DNA from: an uncultured bacterium
GTDB taxonomy: Bacteria > Patescibacteriota > Minisyncoccia > UBA6257 > 2-01-FULL-56-20
Assembly (NCBI GenBank): GCA_963844965.1
Contig: CAWJQC010000004.1
Coordinates: 152,489 to 216,488 of the forward strand
Direction of reading: 5' to 3'
DNA length: 64,000 nucleotides
In this document: positions 57,704 to 64,000 of the stretch, piece by piece
Numbering within the stretch: the first letter of the stretch is position 1
How the letters are laid out: the number at the start of each line of letters is the position of its first letter
Position numbers and translations under genes: made by a program
Notes under the pieces: model-generated
The model's database searches: none
What the model was told of the DNA's origin: nothing
What the model saw: the letters and a program-made list of their open reading frames with translations, nothing else

Positions 57704-58960
57704 TTATTGAATCTTTGTTCCAGTCAGTTGCTGCACCTCGATTCCCGCCAGGATGAACGGCCCGACGCCTTTGAGGTCGTTGTTCACCACCGGTTCGCTC
57801 ACGTAATAATCGAAGCTCCCGTCGCGCGCATGGCCGTTGCCCGGCGTCCCGCCCAGCCCGGCCACCGAGCAGCATTGCCTGAGCGACCATTTGCGGTCGC
57901 CGTCGTATTTGACGAGATGGCCAATAATTCCCCGGTAGCCTTTCTCAATCACCGGCACATAATCCTGCGGCAGGTAACCGTGATTGACGCCCTTCGCCAT
58001 CGCATAAACGAACATGCTCGAAGCCGTCGCTTCCAGGTAATTGCCTTTGCGGCTGCCCTGGTCAACCACCTGATACCAAAGTCCGGTCTTCGGGTCCTGA
58101 TATTTCACCACGCCCGCGCAGAGTTTCTGGAACGTGGCGATGATTTCCGGCCGGGCTGGATGGTTCGTTGGGAAAAAGTCGAGCACGTCCACCAGGGCCA
58201 TGGCATACCAGCCGATGGCCCGGCCCCAGAAATTGGACGACGTGCCGGTGGTCTTGATCGCCCAGGGCTGCTCCTTGCTTTCATCCCAGGCATGATAGAA
58301 CAAACCCGTCACCGGATCGTAAGTGTGCGCGGCCACCAATCGGATTTGTTTGGCAATGTCGTCATAGTCGGAAACCGGCCCGTTGAACAACCTGGCATAC
58401 TCGGCATAAAACGGTCCGCTCATGTAAAGTCCGTCCAGCCACATCTGGTGCGGATACCGTTGCTTGTGCCAGAACCCGCCGTCGCTGGTGCGCGGCTGGG
58501 TGTCGAGCTGCTTTCGCAACAAGGCGGCCGCTTTTTGATAACGCTCGTCGTGCGTGAGCCGCCAGAGCGCCAGCACCGTTTTGCCGGGATTGATTGCATC
58601 GAGCTGATATTCCGCAACTTTGTAGCCTTGGATGCCGCCCTCCGGCGCGATGAACGAACCGATGGTGTTTTCGGCGAACTTGACGTAGTCCGGATTGTGC
58701 ACCTGCCCATCCAGCTTGAGCAGCGACAGCGTGAACAGGCCCGCGGTGTAATCCCATTTGGCCGTGCCGCCTTGCTTCCACACCAGACTGTCACCGCGCC
58801 GGGCAATTTCCGAGTCCGCCATTCGCACCGACCATTGCAACGGGGTGGCGCCGGAAAATGCGCGGGGTGAAGCCGTATTGGTGGTGCAGGAAACCAGGAC
58901 GAAAAGGCCCGCCGTGCCTAGTAGAAAAAGAGCCCGATTGAATGTCTGTTTCATAAGCAA
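57704..58960 (-). CDS. Glycoside hydrolase family 105 (YesR/YteR-like unsaturated rhamnogalacturonyl hydrolase), lipoprotein
   Basis: Lipobox LVSC. HKQRYPHQMWLDGLYMSGPFY. WGRAIGWYAMALVDVLDFFPTNHP. Confidence 0.75.
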   Translation of the reverse strand: MLMKQTFNRALFLLGTAGLFVLVSCTTNTASPRAFSGATPLQWSVRMADSEIARRGDSLVWKQGGTAKWDYTAGLFTLSLLKLDGQVHNPDYVKFAENTIGSFIAPEGGIQGYKVAEYQLDAINPGKTVLALWRLTHDERYQKAAALLRKQLDTQPRTSDGGFWHKQRYPHQMWLDGLYMSGPFYAEYARLFNGPVSDYDDIAKQIRLVAAHTYDPVTGLFYHAWDESKEQPWAIKTTGTSSNFWGRAIGWYAMALVDVLDFFPTNHPARPEIIATFQKLCAGVVKYQDPKTGLWYQVVDQGSRKGNYLEATASSMFVYAMAKGVNHGYLPQDYVPVIEKGYRGIIGHLVKYDGDRKWSLRQCCSVAGLGGTPGNGHARDGSFDYYVSEPVVNNDLKGVGPFILAGIEVQQLTGTKIQ

Positions 58961-59234
58961 AAGTGGTTTCGATGGAATTACCAGACTTTGGCTGCGTGAC
59001 CAAATGAATTTTCACGCCCCCCCCGGAGCGCGAGTTGTCTCAACTCGCAGCTGGTGCCACTGCCAAGGGAACGTTCAAAAATATGGTTGGATGATTTGCG
59101 TTTGTGAGTGCTGCGGTTTGGGACAAACCGCGCTCCGCATCAGACCGAGTTCTGGTCGCGGGGGGCAACGCCTTAAGTCCTTCTCGTCCTCGATGATTCA
59201 AAGAGTTTTTGAGGACGTGAACAATGATGAGACT

Positions 59235-60017
59235 TTACCGCGCCAGCCAGCCGCCGTCCACGTTCATGATGGTGCCGTTCATGTAATCGGCATCTTTCGA
59301 GGCGAGAAACAATATCGCCCCTGCGATGTCTTCGGGCGAACCCCAGCGGGCTTCGGGAATACGGTCGAGAATTGTCTGACTGCGCTTGGGATCTTCGCGC
59401 AATGCCTTCGTGTTTTCCGTGGCGATGTAACCGGGCGCGACGGCGTTGAAGTTCACACGTTCCTTGGCCAGTTCATTGGCGAACGCCTTGGTGATGCCGG
59501 CGATGCCGCTCTTGCTGGCGGTGTAACCCGGCACAAAAATGCCGCCCTGAAACGACAGCATCGAGGCGATGTTCACGACCTTGAGCCGCGCGTCCGCCGG
59601 GGACTTTTCGCGCCCGCCGGTCAGCCACCACTTGGCCACCGCCTGGCTCAGGAAAAACGGCGCGGTCAGATTGATTTGCAGCACGGCATTCCAGTCGGCT
59701 TCCGGATGGTCCACAATCGGCGCGCGTTTGATGATGCCGGCATTGTTCACGAGCACGTCCACGCGCCCGGCGTCCTTGACGATTTTGGCGATGAGATCGG
59801 CGGCGCCCTTTTGGGTGAGCTTGCCGAAATCCTCGGTGTAGGCGTTGAACTTCGCGCCCAGCTCCCTGGCTTTCGCGCCGGTTTCGGATTGGTCGCCGAT
59901 GTCCACGCCGACGACGTGGGCGCCTTCGCGGGCAAACGCGAGCGCAATGGCCTGGCCGATGCCCCGGCTGGCCCCGGTGACCACGGCGACTTTGCTGCTA
60001 AAACGTTTCGTTTCCAT
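59235..60017 (-). CDS. kduD: 2-dehydro-3-deoxy-D-gluconate 5-dehydrogenase (SDR)
   Basis: VAVVTGASRGIGQAIA, NNAGI, catalytic S…YTASK. Confidence 0.75.
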   Translation of the reverse strand: METKRFSSKVAVVTGASRGIGQAIALAFAREGAHVVGVDIGDQSETGAKARELGAKFNAYTEDFGKLTQKGAADLIAKIVKDAGRVDVLVNNAGIIKRAPIVDHPEADWNAVLQINLTAPFFLSQAVAKWWLTGGREKSPADARLKVVNIASMLSFQGGIFVPGYTASKSGIAGITKAFANELAKERVNFNAVAPGYIATENTKALREDPKRSQTILDRIPEARWGSPEDIAGAILFLASKDADYMNGTIMNVDGGWLAR

Positions 60018-60080
60018 GATTTGGGTTTGGGTTTTTAATTTAAATCTCAAAAAAATTAACGCCGTTGGATGCACGAAATG

Positions 60081-60285
60081 GCTTCGCCCTCACCCTGACC
60101 CTCTCCCCTCCGTCTTCGCTGCGCTTCGACGCGATCGCGCCGAAGCCAAAGGCGAAGGCGGACAAGGAGAGGGAACAGCCTGTGGATGATTCTTGAACTT
60201 TCAACACTGTCCGCAACGCCAACCGACTGACGACCATTCTCCCTCTCCCCAAGGGAGCGGGCCGGGGTGAGGGGAAAAGCAACGT
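60081..60285. repeat. GC-rich palindromic/REP-like intergenic element between kduI and kduD
   Basis: Extended imperfect hairpin (ccctctcccctccgtcttcgc … gcgaaggcggacaaggagaggg) with a central gcttcgacgcgatcgcgccgaagc palindrome. A related ccctcaccc/ggggtgagggg block follows. Confidence 0.35.
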
Positions 60286-60316
60286 CGTTCATTTCTGCAA
60301 GTTCAAAACCTGATAT

Positions 60317-61150
60317 CTATCTCAAATCCAACGGCTTCACGCCATCCATGTCATCGAACACCTGATTTTCCCCGGCCATGCCCCAGATGAACTTGTAATT
60401 GCCCGTGCCGCAACCGCAATGGATGGACCAGTTCGGCGACAGCGCGACCTCTTCGTTGTGCAAAAACAGGTGCCGCGTCTGCTGCGGCTCGCCCATCAGA
60501 TGCACCATGATCTTTTCGCCGAGGTCGAAATACATGTAAATCTCCGTGCGCCGCCGGTGGGTGTGCGGCGGAAAGGAATTCCACACGTTGCCCTCGGCCA
60601 ATTCGGTGAAACCCATCACGAGCTGGCAGCTTTGAATGCCGCCGGGGTGAATGTATTTGTAAATCACGCGCTGGTTCGCGTTCGCCTGCGAACCTAGCGG
60701 CACGGGCGACGCGTCCTTCGGTTTCATCGTCGCGGCGGGATGAGCCGCGTGCGCCGGACAACTCAGGAAATAAAACTTCGCCGGGTTCTTCGCGTCCTTG
60801 CTCTCGAACGTGACCGACTTGGTGCCCATCGGCAGATAAACGCAATCCAGCCGGTCGAGCGAAAAGGTTTTGCCATCCGCATGCACCGCTCCGGCGCCGC
60901 CGACGTTGATGGCGCCCAATTCGCGGCGTTCGAGGAAAAATGCCCGCCCGGTTTCCTTGTGATTCGGCAGTTCAACCGGCTTGACCGGCATCACGCCGCC
61001 GACCACCAGCCGGTCGAGGTCGGTGAAGTGGCCGGTGATTTCGCCCGGCACAAAGAGGCTGGTGATTTGAAACGTGTCGCGCAGTTCCTGTGTGGACATC
61101 CCGCTCACGTCCTGCGGCCGCGGCATCCGGCGGATGGTGTTTTCGAACAT
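60317..61150 (-). CDS. kduI: 5-dehydro-4-deoxy-D-glucuronate isomerase
   Basis: Strong similarity pattern to KduI (RLVVGGVMP…FFLERRELGAINVGG … HTHRRRTEIYMYF … GENQVFDDMD). Confidence 0.8.
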   Translation of the reverse strand: MFENTIRRMPRPQDVSGMSTQELRDTFQITSLFVPGEITGHFTDLDRLVVGGVMPVKPVELPNHKETGRAFFLERRELGAINVGGAGAVHADGKTFSLDRLDCVYLPMGTKSVTFESKDAKNPAKFYFLSCPAHAAHPAATMKPKDASPVPLGSQANANQRVIYKYIHPGGIQSCQLVMGFTELAEGNVWNSFPPHTHRRRTEIYMYFDLGEKIMVHLMGEPQQTRHLFLHNEEVALSPNWSIHCGCGTGNYKFIWGMAGENQVFDDMDGVKPLDLR

Positions 61151-61174
61151 GTTGTCAGCCTTACAAAAAAACAA

Positions 61175-61828
61175 CCAAGTGGCAAGCCTCGCGCCGCTTT
61201 GCGGAAATCTGGGAATGATTTTGTGATGAACGATCAGGCAAGTGGCGCTTGAATTTTAACCACGGGTGGACACGGATGAACACGGATTTTTCAAGCCCGT
61301 AGGGCTGGCATATTTGTAGATTACGGTCACAAAACGAATCAAGCTTCGTTCAGGAGCGGCATCATAAATTTGGTGGGGCGAGCGTCCTCGCGAGCCGGCT
61401 CGTCAATAGCCTCGCCCCACCGGATATGCCGCCCCTCGACGGGGCTGAAATTTTGTTTGGGTTGCGGTTCTACAAAGATGCCGCGCCTACGGCGCTGGGA
61501 ACGTGTAGTGTCGGCGCTGTGCGCCGAAAGGTGCGAGCCACCAGCCTACGCTCCAAGCTTCGGCGCGGCAGGCAGGCTCGACGCTACAATCCGCATTCCG
61601 AATTCCGCATGGGAAACGGGCGGACTTGTCGCACCGAAATCAGATGAAGGCGGACGGGTCGCGTCCCGCAAGGCGGGACGGAAGGGAGCGTAGCGACGAC
61701 TCGGTAGAGCGCCGCCATTTTGAATTCGGTCAGCGGCGGTCTGCCGACGCGCCGCTACGGAGCAAAAAGCTTTCGGCTCGCGGGGTCTTGGCAGACGGCC
61801 ACCGTCCTCGCCCCACCAAAATCCGTGT
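61175..61828. other. ~650-bp GC-rich non-coding spacer with inverted repeats (cacggatttt / aaaatccgtg; tttggtggggcgag / ctcgccccaccaaa)
   Basis: Only short, compositionally biased ORFs. Repeats read directly. Confidence 0.3.
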
Positions 61829-63758
61829 TTATGCCTTCCAGATCATGTCCGCCACCGTGCGGTTCGCCGGAACGAACGGCAGCACGTGTTCGGTATAGGG
61901 CACGATCACGTCGAGCACATACGGCTCCTTGGCGTCGAGCATCCGCTGGATGGCGGGGCGCAAATCCTTTTTGAACATCACGCGCTCGCATTTCACGTTG
62001 AAGCTGTTGCAGACGCGCACGTAGTCGGGATATATCTGCTCGCGTTTGTCAGGATTGCCGAGATAGGTGTGGCCGCGGTTGCCGGCGTAAAACTTGTCCT
62101 CCCACTGCACCACCATGCCGAGGTGCTGGTTGTTCAGGATGATGGCCTTGGCGTTGATTTTCTCGACGTGCGCAGTGGCCAGTTCCTGAATGTTCATCAG
62201 GAATGAACCGTCGCCGTCTATGTCAATCACTTCCTTGTCCGGATGCGCGACCTTGATGCCGAGCGCCGCCGGGTAGCCAAAGCCCATCGAACCCAGCCCG
62301 CCGCTGGTGATGAACTGGCGCGGGAACTTGTATTTATACCACTGGCCGGCCCACATCTGGTGCTGGCCCACGCCGGTGGTGATGTAGGCGTCGCCCCCGG
62401 TCAGTTCGTAAAGCGCCTCGACCACCATCTGTTGCAGGATGATCTGGTCTTCATGGCCTTTGAGATGGTCCTTCATGTGGTCGCTGCCGGCGATTTCCTG
62501 CGTAATGGTGTAGGCAAAAGGCCCCTTTTGCTTCCACTCGGCGATTTGTTCGAGCCACGCGGCGTGCTTCTTGTTGAGCGGACGCTTGGCCAGCATCGCA
62601 TTGAGCCGCGTGAGCGCGTCCTTGATGTCGCCCACCACGGCGAGATTGGCGCGCCGGTTTTTGTTCAACTCGGAAGCGTCAATGTCCAGGTGAACAATCG
62701 TGCCGTGCCGGCAAAATTCCTCGAACTTGCCGGTGACGCGGTCGTCAAACCGCACGCCGAACGCGAGCAGCAAATCCGCGCCGTCCTTGATTTTCACCAT
62801 CGGGTCGTTGAACGTCTTGCGCAACTGGTATTCGCCGTTGACGGCCCAATTCGCGAACGCCGCGCCGTGCATGCCCAGCCAGCGCAACGACAGCGGATGC
62901 GTTTCCGGAAAACCGCCGATGCCCATGAGCGTCGTGGTCACGGGAATGTTGCGCCGCCTCGGCAAATTTTTTCAATTCCTCCGCCGCGCCGCTGCTGATG
63001 ATGCCGCCGCCGCAATAAATCACCGGGCGTTCGGCCTTCTCGATGAGGCCCATGATTTCGTTCAACGCGAGGTCGTCGGCGCGCAAGTCGGGCTGATTGT
63101 AGCCGCGCAGGCCTTTCTTGATTTGCTCGAGCGTCGGCCACACCGGCTGGGTCCTGGCCTGCTGGATGTTTTTCGGCACGTCAATGACCACCGGGCCGGG
63201 GCGTCCAGATTGCGCGATGTAAAACGCCTCTTTCACGATGCGCGGAATGTCGTTCACATCCGTGACGAGATAGGAATGCTTCACGATGGGCAGCGTCACG
63301 CCGATGATGTCGGTTTCCTGAAACGCGCCGCGGCCAATCATGTTCTGGTTGACCTGGCCGGTGATGGCGACGAGCGGGCAGGAATCCAGGTAGGCATCGG
63401 CGATGGCGGTGACGAGGTTGGTCGCGCCGGGGCCGCTGGTGCTCATGCACACGCCGGCCTTGCCGGTCGCGCGGGCATAACCTTCCGCCGCAAAACTGCC
63501 GCCCTGCTCGTGGCGCGGCAGGATGGTGCGGATTTTGGATTTGGTGAGCGACTGGTGGATTTCCATGCTCGCGCCGCCGGGATAGGCGAAAATGACCTCG
63601 ACGCCTTCGCGTTCGAGGGCTTGGACGAGGATGTCGCAGCCGGCCATGGCCGGGCCGACCTCGGCGCGCGGGGCGGAGGCGGATTTTCCCTGCCGCGCCG
63701 AAGCAGCTTTGGCGGCGAAGGCGGGTTTCGTTCCAGCGGTTTCAGTTGTCTTGCTCAT
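61829..63758 (-). CDS. ilvB: Acetolactate synthase large subunit, interrupted by one frameshift near 62935-62960
   Basis: N-terminal TPP-enzyme domain (ORF 62745-63758) and middle/C-terminal domain (ORF 61829-62965), joined at …AEELKKFAE / IPVTTTLMG. Confidence 0.8.
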
Positions 63759-63795
63759 AGGTTTGGGAGATTAAGAGTAAGATTATGATTATCGA

Positions 63796-63858
63796 TTAAG
63801 AATCAAGCCGCGGTGACGGCGTCCTCTTAATCTTAATCTTTCTCTTAATCTTAATCAT
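63796..63858 (-). CDS. Candidate Ile/Lys-rich upstream ORF/leader peptide (MIKIKRKIKIKRTPSPRLDS), 37 nt upstream of ilvB
   Basis: Hand translation of the ttaatcttaatc repeat region in minus-strand sense. Confidence 0.2.
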   Translation of the reverse strand: MIKIKRKIKIKRTPSPRLDS

Positions 63859-63890
63859 GTTTTTGGTTGTGGCGCGGTCGCAGATTAAAC

Positions 63891-63925
63891 AAAAAACCCA
63901 CGACCGTTTTGCCAGCCGTGGGTTC
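63891..63925 (-). terminator. Rho-independent terminator (cccacggctggcaaaacggtcgtggg + TTTTTTGTTT, minus-strand sense)
   Basis: 7-bp GC stem followed by a T-run. Confidence 0.6.
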
Positions 63926-64000
63926 TTGTTAAAATTTGTTTCCATTCAACAAGCGCCAACGGCGTCGCTGACTACAACGACGACAGCCAGTTTAACTGCT

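Noticed and set aside
62243-63788. Long plus-strand ORFs (251 and 362 aa)
   Set aside because: They are antisense to ilvB, GC-rich and low-complexity (Gly/Arg/Ala-rich).

Overview
The window looks like two unrelated genomic contexts joined at about 47.82-47.83 kb. The first ~47.8 kb is moderate-GC, gene-dense and Patescibacteria/CPR-like (DUF4012, DUF11, a compact housekeeping set); this attribution is inferred from gene content only. The last ~16 kb is high-GC and Planctomycetes/Verrucomicrobia-like (PEP-CTERM, HAF repeats, Gob-type ECF sigma factor, TPR Ser/Thr kinase, pectin catabolism).

Left part: a partial DUF11 surface protein, a sensor histidine kinase, a Zn/Mn-type ABC ATPase and permease, then a mobile/defence island at a tRNA-Gly(CCC). 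The island holds a 5'-truncated large serine recombinase, a ~5.6 kb module bounded by ~340 bp imperfect inverted repeats (replication-relaxation protein, TraG/VirD4-like ATPase and its degraded paralog), and a tight four-gene operon (C-protein, restriction endonuclease, DNA methyltransferase, PHP-phosphoesterase fused to a coiled-coil ABC ATPase). Next to the operon is an intact large serine recombinase whose 3' end overlaps tRNA-Gly antisense; that same 3' end is duplicated as a perfect ~160 bp inverted copy 6.5 kb away.

Further right are housekeeping genes (pcm, guaB, ftsB, lepA, DUF4012, GT39, ftsQ, alr, murI, serS, thrS) and a complete diversity-generating retroelement (DGR) between alr and murI. 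The DGR has an RT with the DGR-type motif 4, an Avd, a template repeat (TR) and a variable repeat (VR) at the 3' end of a small target gene. TR and VR differ at 13 positions, all at TR adenines.

Right part: an N-truncated TPR Ser/Thr kinase, an HAF-repeat protein, an NHL-like-repeat PEP-CTERM protein, a secreted protein, an ECF sigma factor, an eda remnant, two GH105 hydrolases (one fused to DUF4861), kduD, kduI, and ilvB with a frameshift.

lepA, thrS, ilvB and the DGR RT each carry a single frameshift, which suggests indel-type sequence errors. No rRNA or CRISPR was seen.
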